From contig NC_043000.1 in assembly GCF_006345805.1 (NCBI RefSeq), forward strand, positions 70,060,001 through 70,124,000: a stretch of DNA of 64,000 nucleotides. The letters are read 5' to 3'. Shown here piece by piece: positions 13,325 through 26,223 of this stretch. This DNA comes from Octopus sinensis (taxonomy: Eukaryota). The position numbers and the translations under genes were made by a program. The notes below the pieces were generated by a model that was not told the DNA's origin, did not search any database, and saw nothing but the letters and a program-made list of their open reading frames with translations. The stretch's first letter is position 1. The number at the start of each line of letters is the position of its first letter.

Positions 13325-13450
13325 GAAATTTACAGAAAAACAAAAGACGAAGACAGGTGTATTAGTTTAACGCTCGGGAAGGTGAGAAAATCTTTTATGT
13401 TTCAAACTACGCTCTTCAACAGAAAGGAGCAAATAAAGAGAGAATAGAAA
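13320..13450 (-). mobile_element. Solo fragment of a PLE pseudo-LTR related to those at 21.4 and 25.6 kb
   Basis: aaaacaaaagacgaagacaggtg..tattagtttaacgctcgggaa..tcttttatgtttcaaactacgctcttcaacagaaagg aligns with 21395-21510; it abuts (TA)n at 13239-13320. Confidence 0.8.
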
Positions 13451-15529
13451 AGCTTTAGCGTCCAGCGATATGTGTGTGTTATCTATGTTTGTGTGTGTGT
13501 ATTTGTGTGTGTGTACTTGTGGTTGTCTTCATAAACCAACGGTTCGACGAAAGAAACCGATAAAATCAATATCAGAATATATATAGGCAAGAGCAAGAAT
13601 GGCAAGAAAGTGATACAGTGCTTGAGAAGAGGAGGAAGTAGAGAAGTTGAAAAAGATGAAAATATAGAGAAAAGAAAAGACGTAAATGAAATCCTGACAG
13701 AAATGTTCACCAAATTTATGATCTTTCGAATATATCCTTGACTAGAGATTAAGTCTTCCTAAAGAGGGGAGAAAGGATAAAGAGATTGTGCTGAAAAGAA
13801 ACAACACGAAACCATATGAGACGTGTGTGTGGGTGTGTGGGTGTAAAAGAGAGAGAGAAAAAAAAGAGGGGGTGTATGTATTTATTCGAAGCTAAACATG
13901 TTAAAATCTATGTTTATGCTCGTGTTCGTTTATTTTAATATGTTAATTTTTCATTTGTATCCTTCATGTAGCCAATCGCTGTCTTGCTCTTTTTCCTTCA
14001 ATGCCCTGCATTTTTTTAATCGATATTCCAAATGTTAAAAATTCCGGTTTCGTCAGTGGTGTTTTGAGGCCCAAAGTATTACTTTATTCACTATTCAGAT
14101 TCTATTATGCAAAGTAATTTCAACATCATGTGTTAATCTGTAGCTACATAACCATTCTCTCCATTATTTTAGTCAGCCAACATATTTACGTTTCTCGTTA
14201 ATAGTAGTATTTCATTATGTCGTTTGTTCCGAATCAATGTATCACTAGAAAAATTTTCAAAGTTTTTTCAATGTTAAATTTCAATGTAAGACACGCTCCT
14301 TATTCCAAACTACATTAATCTTATTGGTCACTTTTGTCAATATGACAGTGTCTCTTGTTATTCCCCTCTCTGTTCATATATTTATTTTATATCTTGTTTT
14401 TTCCATAATTACTGTATCACTATGCATACTTCTGTACTTCTGATATTCTTATTCAGCACAGATGTAATGTAATTGCTTTGAAGTTGCAAGGACAGCTGAA
14501 TTATTACGAAAATGTAGCTGCTCATAAACGTATATATTCAACTCTACTTTCTGAAGTACTGAGCATAAAATTTAGAATATAAAAGTCTTGAATCTACAAT
14601 CAGGCACAAATAATAATCACAGGTTTTCTAATAGTGAACTTACATAATACCAGAGAGCAGGAACAACAGATCGACTCCACTAAAACATTGTTTCCTACTA
14701 AAGAAAACTACAAAAACTCATTAATGAAAATAACTGGCAGCTTCATTATAAGACAGTTGATAACCTCACTTATTTGACAAAAAAAAAAAGAAGCAATTTA
14801 GACCATTTTCTTCTAAATACTGATTCAAATTTAACAAAGCCTACAAATAAACAAACTTTCATCACTGTCTCAAAAAAAGCCGCTTTCTATGGATAAAGAT
14901 TATATTCCGAAATGGTGGCAATAATTTCTAGAAAACACCAAATATGAAAATACATAACATCAAGATATCTAAGCATATTTATCCAATCACACAAGACTAA
15001 GAACCACCACTAATTTGACCGTGAAAAATACCATAGATTTCTCTCATCATTACAATTTTTTATAAAAAATAACTAGCAAGCTTTAAATGAAATCAACAAT
15101 CAAGTCCCACAAAGGAACTTCTGATCTTCACATTCACACCTGAGTATCGTATTTCTCTTTTAAGGATCATATAATTTTGGTTGCCACTTTAATCCACAAG
15201 AAACAGATAAACCAAAGAATATGTACACACATTCTTTAATGACAACAGACCTTTTATTGCTATGATGAAGCTTCGTACTTCTAAGTTCCTAAGTTAGAAG
15301 TATAAAGTTTCCACCACCACCACCACCCATCAAGAATTCAAACCAAGCGATAAATATTAATAATTTAGTGAAAAATATCTCGCCTAGAATTTCAAGCCTG
15401 TCTGCCAATAAACATGTTTTACTGATCATACATCATATATAGAGGCGCTCTCCAGAAGTGGTTTAATGACGAAGAATGAATGCCTACAAGACTCAAGCCA
15501 CACGCAAATCATTATTATTATTATTATTT

Positions 15530-15970
15530 AGTGAGAGAGCAGTTCATGCCATCAAAGTGACACTGGGGTAAAATATACGAAGCCCAATATACCCATCATG
15601 ACTACCCGTCTGATAAGGGCACACCAGGCACATGCAGCACAACCATATGTGCGCGGCATGGTGATCTCATATCAAGATAAACTGCACATGACCTTGTAGG
15701 TGGGGCCCAGTTAGAATTTTCTTCAGGTTGAGTAGCCCAGCCCGCTCAAACGGTCCCTGAATAAGGGTTGTTTAAGGATGTTGAAAAACCCACCCATGTT
15801 TTCAGAGGTGAATTATTCAAACCCCAAAGAATCCCTCTCAACACATGGCTATGATGCTCCCCCACTACTTCTGCTCGTGATCAGAGATGCACATATCGTC
15901 AGCCACTAAGGGACATGCTCAACTGGTTAAGGTCAAACAACTGACAAGCAAATCTGTGGTATTTAGCAGA
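15530..15970 (-). mobile_element. Abundant ~450 bp non-coding interspersed repeat flanked by (TTA)n (copy 1 of 3)
   Basis: Reverse complement of 60640-61128 and 63470-63822; no ORF; TTA/AAT arrays at both ends. Confidence 0.85.
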
Positions 15971-15978
15971 ATATTTGC

Positions 15979-16038
<60 letters not shown>

Positions 16039-17284
16039 AAAAAATATAAATAAGAGAAGTCTAGTATAACGATTATCATAGCCATTCAGAAAATTAAGGA
16101 ACATTTTACGCTTCAGCAAAAATGCTACCATAATTCAATTTTAAAAAAATTCAATTAAATTCTTGCACTCCACTACTCCAAACCTAACCAATAACCGTGA
16201 TTCTTTCAAAATCTTTTCACGCTGAACCTACATAGTTTCCACACTCGCATATACACAAACAACGCGCACATATATTTATACATAAGAATAAATGAGAATT
16301 TGGAGAAAAACATTTTTGCAAACATGCTCTCATAAAAAGTCTTATCCTAAGAAGGAATGTTCTCGCATGCATGCAAGAACGGAATCTCTCTGGCTTAATA
16401 TTAAGGTATAATTTTGGTTTCCTTGAATTTCTCTTTTCAGCATTGCAGAGCATACGTCTTTTAGTGGTATGTACGTCTGGGCCGGAATTTTCTACAGTAT
16501 TCCAATTACTGTTACATTCTCTTTAATTTCTACACATAATTTGTAAGGTTTGCGGCGTTTCCTTTGTTGCTGTTTCTGAATAAGCTGTATAGCTGTAGAA
16601 TCTCTGCATGGAGGATTATTGCATGAGTCCCCACGTATCGTTTCATAAAAATGTCATTAGTATCTGTTAATTTACAGCTTCCTCGTAAATTATAGCCTCT
16701 GTTTTGCAAGCTCCATTCAGTAGACACGCTGTTGGTTCCCGGTATAAATAACCAACCTCAGTCTTTGCATTGGGTTCATGTGCAATTATCTGTTTCATAT
16801 TAGGGTTGAAGTTCTAAACAATTTTAAGTGTATGACTATTGAACAAAATTCTGTGTATGCACGACAATGAAACACCCGTGTATTTTTCATATATTCGGTC
16901 TAATATTCTTTCGGTAGTACACTGCCCAGGATTGTATGTGATCTGGTTTTTTAGCTCACTATCTTCTACAAAATAAAGTTTATTGATGGAGATTTGATGG
17001 ATAATTGATGAATAATAACAGGATTCTTCAAACTTTCTAGTCACCTTTTTAGGGAAGCATTTGAAAGTGCATGTTACGCTCCACAAGAAGACAAACTGTG
17101 TTACAATGGTGATCGTTTTGCTGACATTGCAGTCTTGTGATATGTAGTGGCTTCAGCTGCGTTCATCTGCACGACTCTATTTTTGAAGTTTGTGAGATTT
17201 AGTTGTGAAATAAAAGGATTAGATGTGAAGGGCCTGTGTCAAGAGCAGTTGGCATTAGATCTAGCGTCATGACTTGTGTGGTCC

Positions 17285-17364
17285 TCTACTGAAGAGTATA
17301 TCTATCAGTGCGTGTGTGCGTGTGTATGTTTGCATGCGCGTGCATGTATGTATATATATATGTG

Positions 17365-17402
<38 letters not shown>

Positions 17403-19500
17403 TGTGTATGTTTCATTGTTCTTAGCAGTAGTATGGCCTTCCCCTCAGCCCCATCGTGTCACCCCATTGTGCTACTGCAGTCCTAAGACATGAAAATTTA
17501 GTACAGTTCCTGTATTTCTCTGTGTTTGTGTGTTCGCCCACGATGGCAACACCGTGTTGTTATTATTGCCATTGTTGTCACTGTCGCTGTGGCTGTCGTG
17601 TTGTTGATATTGTTGTGGCCGTTCGTGAAATTTCTTGTGTGTGTACGGGTTCGCTCCGTATGTTGTTTGTATCCATGCCCTTTATATGGATTTATTTATC
17701 TATTTTATCTACCTCTATCTTATATTTATCACAAGTATGTGACAAATAGATTTATTTGTTTATTTATCTATTTAAATATTTATTTATTTATCTTTACATA
17801 TCTCTATTATATGTATCACAGGTAAGTGCATATGTGTCTATTGTGTGTGTATTACCCCTTATATATCTGTGTAATATGTACGACTTTTCCCCCTCTTCTC
17901 TTCCCTTCTGCCTTTAGTCATGCGGTGTGGTGGTGGGTGTTACTGTTCCATTAGTGTGTTCTATTGAGGCTCGGTCTGTCTACTGCTATGTATGTAGCTT
18001 CTATGATCTGTCTAAGTGCCGTTTCATTTCTATGGGTCGATAATACTTTAACCTCTGTGTTATTAATCGGGACTCCATGTTCTGACTGAGCATGTTGGTA
18101 GAGCACTGACAAGCTTTTCTCTTCTTTGAGCTCTCGCCAATATTCACGTATATGTTCTATGCTGTGTGCAGTCTCTACAATGTAGGTAGTTGTCATGTTT
18201 CTGCACCGTCCCTCAGTAAATTGTAAGCTATACACTACATTCCTAACCTTACAGTTAACTCGTGGGTTCATCCTACATACCACACAATTGTACTCCGTAC
18301 AGGTGACTGATTTGTAGTACCTACCCCTTTGATAAGTCCCTCTGTAGTGTGTAAAATTGTGTTGTATATAGGATGAACCCACGGGTTAACTGTAGGGTTA
18401 GGAATGTAGTGTATAGCTTATGATGTACTGAGAGATGGTGCGGAAACATGACAGCTACATACATTGAAGAGACTGCATGCAGCATAGGAGAGCGTATACG
18501 TGAACATTGGCAAGAGCTCAAAGACGAGAAAAGCTCGTCAGTGCTCTACCAACATGCTCAGGCAGAACATAGAGGCTCAGTTAGTAGCATAGAAGTTAAA
18601 GTATTATCGACGCACGAAACTGACATGACACTTAGACAGATCACAGAAGTTACGCACATTGCTGTAGACAGACCGAGCCTCAATAGAAAACACGAATGGA
18701 ACAGTAATATCCACTACCGCACCACATGACTAAAGACAGAACGGAAGAGAAGAGTAAAATGTCGTAAATAATACACAGATACACACAATAGACATATTTG
18801 CACATACCTGTGATACATATCAGAAATAGACAAAGATAAATAGAAAATAAATAAAAAATATAAATAGATAGATAAATAAACAAATAAATATATTTATCAC
18901 ATACCTGTGATAAATATAATAGAGATAGATAGAATAAATAAATCCATATAAAGGGCATGGATACAAACAACATACGAAGAGAACACATGCACACACACAC
19001 ACACAAGAAATCTCACAGACGGCCACAACAGTATCAACAGCACGAATAACAACGACATCAGCAGCGGCGGTGACAACGATGGCAATAACAATAACAACAT
19101 CTACCGCGATGGCAAAGCTGTAGGCAAACACACAAACACAGAGAGGTACAGGAACTATTCCAAATTTTCGGGTCTTATGACAGCAGCAGCACAATGGTGT
19201 GAGAGGACGAGGTTATGGGGAAGGCCACACTGATACTAAGAACAATGACACACAAGCATACACACACACATACACACACATATACACACATGCACGCACA
19301 CGCGCACACACAAGTACGGACGCAAACGTATGCGCACATAAGGATACACATCTTAGAAGAACAGAATGTAAGAAGTGGAGTAAGAGTACACACGAAAACG
19401 AAAAGTGTCGCTGAAGAGGTCAGAGATGTTTCACGAAAGATTTCCAGACAATGGACACGAGTTAAAAATATTAAAAAAATAAGAACAGTAATAAACGAAT
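17285..19500. mobile_element. Head-to-head fold-back of two 5'-truncated PLE ends (GIY-YIG plus 3' repeat)
   Basis: 17285-18310 is the reverse complement of ~18332-19350. Both arms encode TYIxETAxSIxERIREHWxELK...SVLYQHAQxEH...RQIxExxxIAVDRPSLNRxHEW (GIY-YIG C-terminal half) and read outward. Confidence 0.85.
19407..19449 (+). ncRNA. Degenerate minimal hammerhead-like motif in the PLE 3' repeat
   Basis: gtcg CTGAAGA ggtcagagatgtttcac GAAA gatttc cagac: canonical core, but stem II pairs poorly. Confidence 0.4.
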
Positions 19501-20859
19501 GAAGAACAAATATATAGTGCATGGTTTTAGTTGGCCGTCTCGAAATACAACAATATCTGTTTCAACATACCATTTCACATCAGGAATCTTGCAACCCAAA
19601 TTGATAAAGAATGTATATATGTATACATGTAAAAAGGTCCGACTAAGCGTTGTCTATCCGTAGAATATCTGGATCTCATCTATGAACTATATGTATGTAA
19701 TGCATGTGTGTATGTATGTATGTATGTAGGGACAGTTAGTCTTGCTGACTATGGAGTGCACCCGAGGAAAGTATGAAGTGCAGCTTCTGGAACTACCGAT
19801 AAAGTGCAGTCTTTGACCAGCAGCGTCAGCTGCAAATATGTGTGCATGTGTGTGTAATGCTAATCATTAACTGAAATTTGCCTGTTGGATAGTGTTTCTG
19901 CTGGTATGATAATTATGAAAGTATTGATTGACGTCACCATCTTCTAACTTCCCAGACTATTTATATCACAGTAACAAAAGTGCAAATTAGTCAAAGTATA
20001 TTATATATTGTATTATGTCGATGGCTACATTCTGATTACAAATTGGATCAGTTTCTAATGTCGCTTTCAAATCTTCAGAGTCGATGAACTAATTATTGAT
20101 ATTATACTGGTGTCAATTACACCAGCTAAACTCCCATACTTACAAATTTACATTACGCAACAATAGATATCATTCTTAGGGATGTGAACTAATCTTTATC
20201 ATTAATGCTAATTTTTTGATGTTATCATTATATTTGATTGTATAGTGGGCAGAAGTCATCACTGATTGATTAAAGAAGTCTACATTCAATGCTTATAATT
20301 GCTTTCCTTCCAGAAAAGCATGATATTCATAAAATCTTCCAGTATTTTTATACTCTAACAAGTGCAAGTTTTCACACATAACAAATCACTGCTTCACAAC
20401 TGTTTGGAGGCGCTCCACAAACCTCTCTCTCTAATAATACATTTTGTGACCATTAATATTTTCGCTTCTTTTACTTTTAAGGCAGATTGTTTTTGTTGTG
20501 TTTGATTTTTCGCTTTCTCTTTTTATTAAAGGGATTTCTTTAGTATATTTGATCATCTGCGAACATTTTTCATGGCTTCTCTTGTATGAACTTAAATATG
20601 AGTCTTATGGAGATTCGAAATCCATTAGTAATTTCCTAAAGGAGCCAACAACTCAAAGTGCACGAGAAAATTGAATGTCTGATGGTGCTTCTGTTAGGTG
20701 TTGTGCATTTGTTTTCAATATATCTCAGTCTCATTTTGCTTCTTCACCCAATAATATTATTACTTAGGAAATAGAACTATTGATTCCTTCCTCTTAAACT
20801 TATAGCAAACCATTCTATAAGTTGTAATCTTGACTCACTATAATATGAAGTGTTACCTA

Positions 20860-21170
<311 letters not shown>

Positions 21171-21351
21171 TAGTCGAGATTAAACAGCCGAAATTGCGAA
21201 GATGATCCAGTTCATGACTGAAGACTTTTTTTCTGGGGACAAATAAAGGATCAGTGCGCAAGAATCCCCCGAAAACCATTAAATACCTAATGCAGAGAGA
21301 CATATTGAGCCCCCTGTGTGTGTATGTATGTATATATATTATTTGGAATTC

Positions 21352-21385
<34 letters not shown>

Positions 21386-21471
21386 AGATTTTACGAAAAA
21401 AACAAAAGATGAACACAGGTGGTGTACAAAACAAACAGATTTATTAGTATAACGCTCAAGAATCGAAAAAG

Positions 21472-21510
21472 TCTTTTACGTTTCGAGCCTACGCTCTTCT
21501 ACAGAAAAGG
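21472..21510 (-). ncRNA. Minimal type I hammerhead-like motif with variant core CUGUAGA
   Basis: The minus strand reads cctttt CTGTAGA a gagc-gtag-gctc GAAAC GTA aaaga: 4-bp stem II, palindromic ACGU stem III, GUA triplet, ~4-bp stem I. Confidence 0.55.
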
Positions 21511-22460
21511 ACACAGAAAAAACAAGGAGAGAAAAAATGTGTGTAATGGCTAACGATCTATCATGGCGACTAGTGCCGGACAGAAGGATCAAACACGAGG
21601 AGGAAAGTAGGGGAGATAACAAGGTAAAGATGACCCCCAACGCAAAGGTGCGTGTGTGTATAAGAGAGTATGTATGTGCGTGTGAAAGAGGGCTGGACGT
21701 GTGCGTGTATCTATGTGTAGGTGTGAAGATGTGGGGATGGGTGTTTGGGTGGTGTGTTGTGATGTGATGTGTAATGTTGTATGGTGTAGTGTGGTGTAAT
21801 GTTGTTGGGAGGTGGGGGAGGCGAGAGTGGAGAAAGCACGGGTGGGGTGTGGGTTCGGCTGGGGTTTGAGGTAGAGTTGGAGTGTGTGGGTAGGCAGAGG
21901 GTGGGGTAGAGGTGGGGTATGTGGGGGAGGGGTGGGATAGAATAGGGGTGGGGAGGATACGGAAGGTGGAGTAGGGGTGGGTGGGTTTATGGGGGAGGGG
22001 ACGGTGGGTATGTGAGGAGAGAGAAGAGGAGAGTAAGAGAGAAGAGAGAAAGACAGAAAGAGAATAAGAGAGGAGAGATAAAGAGAGTAAGATAGAAGAG
22101 AGAAAGAGAGAAGAGAGGAAGAGAGTAAGAAGGAAGAGGGAAGGAGGGGAGAGAAAGAGAGAAAGAGAGTAGGAGAGAAGAGAGAAAGAGAGTAAGAGAG
22201 AAGAGGGAAAGAGAGTAGGGGTGAAGGGAAGTAGCAGTGAAGAGAAGTAGGAGTGAAGAGAAGTAGGAGTGAAGAGAAGTAGGAGTCGGGGCAAGAGAGG
22301 AGAGTTGAGTGGGAAGAAGGAGGAGGGAGGGGGAGAGGAGGAGAGGGAGGGAGGGAGCAGAGAAAAAGAGAGAAGAGAGAAAGAGAGTAAGGGAGAAGAG
22401 GGAAAGAGAGTAGGGGTGAAAAGACGTAGGAGTGAAGAGAAGTAGGAGTCGGGGAGGAGG

Positions 22461-24779
22461 TTAGATGAAGAGGGGAGGAGAGTTGAGCCCAAATGACGTA
22501 AATGAGCGAAGAGAGAAGTTTAATCCCTGCTCACGGCGCAAACGGGAGTCCGGATGGCCTCTGTGCAAGGACGATCCGAACACAGACAGGTGTTGCAAGG
22601 AGTGACCGGTGGAACGGAAATGATGTGAGACTGGGATGTCATTGCCAAGGCGGATGTCTCGGAGGTCTTCCGCGAACCGGTCAGCCAAGCGGCGTCCCGT
22701 TTGTCCGATGTACAGGGAATGGCAGAGAGAGCAGAAGATGCAATAGATGATATTGCTGGAGGTGCAGGTGAAGAGTCAATGATGCGATAGGGTCGATGAT
22801 GGGTGCCGGTGAGGAGGGTGATGTTGGAGAGGTAAGGGCAAGTGCGGCAGCGTGGGTTGGAGCAGGGGAACGAGCCAGGTTGGGAGGTAGGGTTGGGGAA
22901 GAAGCTGTGAACCAAGAGGTCTCGTAGGTTGTGGGCTCGTTTGAAGGAGGGGAGGGGCCGGTTAGGGAAGATGTGTGAAGTGGACGGGTCGGACTGGAGA
23001 TGCCGGAAAGCACGGAGAATGGTGTGTTGGAGAGGTAGGGTGGTGGGGTGGTAGGTGAGGGGAAAAGGGAGGCGGCAAACTGCAGGGCGGGTTCGCGGCG
23101 AGAGAGCAGATGCACGGTCCACGGAACGTGCTCTGGCAAGGGCGGTGTGGATAGTGGTGAGAGGATATCCACGTAGGATGAAGTGCCCAGTCATGAGTTG
23201 AGACTGAGTCTCGAAGTCATGGTCGTCACTACAGAGCCTGGGTAGACGGGGGAATTGGGAAAAGGGGATGGAAATCTTGGTGTGTTTGGGGTGGGAGGAG
23301 GAGAAGTTTAGGTATGAGTGTGAGTCTGTGTGTTTGTAGTGGATGGAGGTGGTAAGAGTGGAGTGATGAATGCTGACCGAAATGTCAAAAAGCAGACAGA
23401 GTTGTCAGAGATAGTGCAGGAGCAGTGGAGGGCAGGATGGAAAGATTTGACGAAAGAGAGAAAGGAGTCTAGATGTTCGCGGGAGAGTGAGGTGGCACCG
23501 ATACAGTCGTCAATATAACGGTTATATAGTTCGGGAGTGGTACCAGTGAAACTAGAGAATATTTGGGCCTCAACATAGCCAACGAACAGGTTCACATAGT
23601 TGGGGCCCATTCTCGTTCCCATGGCCACTCCCGAGAAATGCTGGTAGAACTCGCCCGCGAACGGGAAGCAGTTGAGTGAGAGGACAAGTTCGGCCAGACG
23701 AACGAGTATGGAGGTGTCGGGTTGGGGATTGGGTCGGAGGTCCAGGAAGTGTTTAAGTGCACGCAGCCCCTCGTGGTGAGGAATCACAGTGTAGAGGCTC
23801 TGGATGTCCATTGTAAAGAGAAGTTTGGAGGAGCCAGGAGGGAAGGAGAAAGAGTTGAAAAGACGAAGAGCATGGTTGGTGTCATGGATGTGAGAAGGAA
23901 GAGGAGCCACTAGGGGGGCAAGAACACGGTCGAGATATTTGGAGTTAAGCTCGGTGGGGCAGTTACAGTCGGAGACGATGGGGCGGCCAGGGTTGTTGGG
24001 TTTGTGGATTTTGGGGAGGAAGTAAATGGTGGAGGTGCGGGGGTTTCGGTCAATGAGGTTGGAAGCGGTGTGGGGGAGACGGAAGGACGAGATGAGGTCG
24101 TGGATGGTAGAGGAGACTGTCTGTTGGTAGCTAAGCGTGGGGTCAGAGGACAGAGGGCCGTAGAAGGAGGTGTCATGGAGTTGGCGGAGAGCTTCGGCCC
24201 TGTAGAAGTCCGCGCGCCATACCACCACAACTCCACCCTTGTCGGCCGGTTTAATAACGATGTCAGTGCGCCGTCGGAGGGAACGAAAAGCCGAGAGTTC
24301 GGCTGGGGAGATGTTGAGGTGACGGGAGCGCCTGGAGAAGTTGAACCGCTCCAAAGCGCGCTGAGAGGTGCCCACAAAAAGATCCACTGCTTGGAACTGG
24401 CCAGGAGCAGGCGTCCACTGGGGCGTCTACCATACTCATATGGGTAGAATGGATGAAGCAGAGTGGAGAGTGGGGTAGAAATGGAAGCGGAAACCTTTAG
24501 GGATGAGGCATATGGGTCCACTGGGGCGTCTACCCATACTCATATGGGTAGAATGGATGAAGCAGAGTGGAGAGTGGGGTAGAAATGGAAGCGGAAACCT
24601 TTAGGGATGAGGCAGTGATGTAAGCAGCGACTGAGAAATGAAACCTGGCTAGAGAAGCGTTTTTTTTTAATGAGTAAAGAGAGGTTAATGGACGGTTGAA
24701 AGCAGTGGGAAGGAAGTAAACAGAGGTTTTGTTTTAGGCAATGGTGGAGAGTGAGGAGGTAGGATTTATAGTCCGGCAT
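22461..24779 (-). pseudogene. Frameshifted PLE polyprotein: N-terminal domain, reverse transcriptase, Cys linker, GIY-YIG endonuclease
   Basis: ATG at 24779 in a ccaccATG context. Motifs: FLSRCLHHCLIPKGF; IKPADKG; YFLPKIHKPNNPGRPIVS; TMDIQSLYT; GVAMGTRMGP; RYIDDCIG; CSNPRCRTC (Neptune-type linker); NIIYCIFCSLCHSLYIGQTGRRLADRF. There are several frameshifts and an N-terminal deletion. Confidence 0.92.
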
Positions 24780-25686
24780 GGTGGTATAACAAGGAGAGGA
24801 AAAAAATCAAGCGGGGAGGGAATTAAACGTGGAAAGGAAACATACAAAAGGTGTGAGAGAAAGAAGCATAAGCGCTTGAAAAAAAAATTTTTATAAAATT
24901 AAATTAAATTAAAATTTTTAAAAATAAATAAAAAAAAGTTAAAAAATAAATAAAAATAAATTAAATTAAATCAAATTAAAATTTAAGAAAAAATGAATTA
25001 AATTAAATTAAATTAAAAAATAAAATAAAATAAAATAAATAAATAAATATATAAAAAAATAAATAAATAATAATAATAAATAAATAAATAAATAAAAGAA
25101 TAATAAGAAGAAAACGGCGTGAGGAGAAGAAAATATATGCAAGGAGAAAATAAAAGCGATGAAGATGGAATAAATAGAAAGTGAGGAGAAAGGGGGGAGA
25201 TGAGGAGAAAAAAGAAAGGAAACAGAGGGAGAGGGGGGCAAAATAACGGGTGCAAACTAGAGAAAACAGAGTAAGGACATCCAGAGAAGGAAGAGACGAC
25301 AGAAGGAAAGACCAAAGAATACAGGAAAGTTTAGAAAATATAAAAATAAAGTAATGACAATAATAGCAGCAGCTTTACGTAAAGTTCAAAGGTTTTTAGA
25401 CGTCGTGGTGTATTGCAAGGATTTCTCATCAAGAGTAGAGTCCACTGTGATTCGTGTGTAGGAGAGGTGCAGCCGGTGGGTAAGTATCCAAATGAATCCG
25501 TAAATGGTAGAGTAGGTAAAGAGTCCAGTGGAGAAGTTCGTAGTGGTGAGAAAAGATAGGATCAACAAGTGCGACCACGTGAGCGTGTGATATATATAGG
25601 GAGAGTTTACGAAAAAAACAAAAGACGAAAACAGGTGGTGTACAAAACAAACAGATTTATTAGTATAACGCTCAGGAATAGAAAAT

Positions 25687-25726
25687 GTCTTTTACGTTTC
25701 GAGCCTACGCTCTTCTACAAAAAGGG
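25687..25726 (-). ncRNA. Second copy of the pseudo-LTR hammerhead-like motif (UUGUAGA)
   Basis: Same motif in the upstream pseudo-LTR with an additional C3U change. Confidence 0.45.
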
Positions 25727-25976
25727 ACACAGAAAAAACAAGGAGTGAAACAAGGAGAGAGAAAAGAAAAGGTGTGTGTAGTGGCTAACGATCTATCATG
25801 GCGACTAGTGCCGGACAGAAGGGTCAAACACGAGGAGGAAAGTAGGGGAGATAACAAGGTAAAGATGACCACCAACACAAAGGTGCGTGTGTGTATAAGA
25901 GAGTATGTATGTGCGTGTGAAAGAGGGCTGGTGGTCTGGACGTATATATATATAAATATATATATATTATATATAT

Positions 25977-26057
<81 letters not shown>

Positions 26058-26223
26058 TAGATGAGAATGTTGGTTTGTGAAAGCACGTGGTTGAATATAT
26101 AGAAAATAGTAAAAAGTGAAAAAACTACAGAAGGCTTGTTTTAAAAGGTTAATATATATATATATCTGAGTCAATATGTCTGAAGAATGTTATAAATTTT
26201 TTTCATACAATGATATAGTTTAG

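Larger units (their letters stand above)
21381..25940 (-). mobile_element. Near-complete Penelope-like element (Neptune-type) with direct pseudo-LTRs
   Basis: Direct repeats at 21381-21708 and 25597-25935 flank an RT plus GIY-YIG ORF; (TA)n arrays lie at both outer ends. Confidence 0.93.

Noticed and set aside
14560-15400. A-rich plus-strand stretch resembling a retroelement N-terminal region
   Set aside because: No diagnostic motif in any frame.
16200-17200. Possible PLE RT remnant on the minus strand (MKRYVG.., TEWSLQN)
   Set aside because: Motif matches are too eroded to support a call.
21476-22492. 338-aa ORF rich in Ser/Leu/Pro
   Set aside because: Low-complexity product of the pyrimidine-only strand of the PLE 3' region; no domain content.
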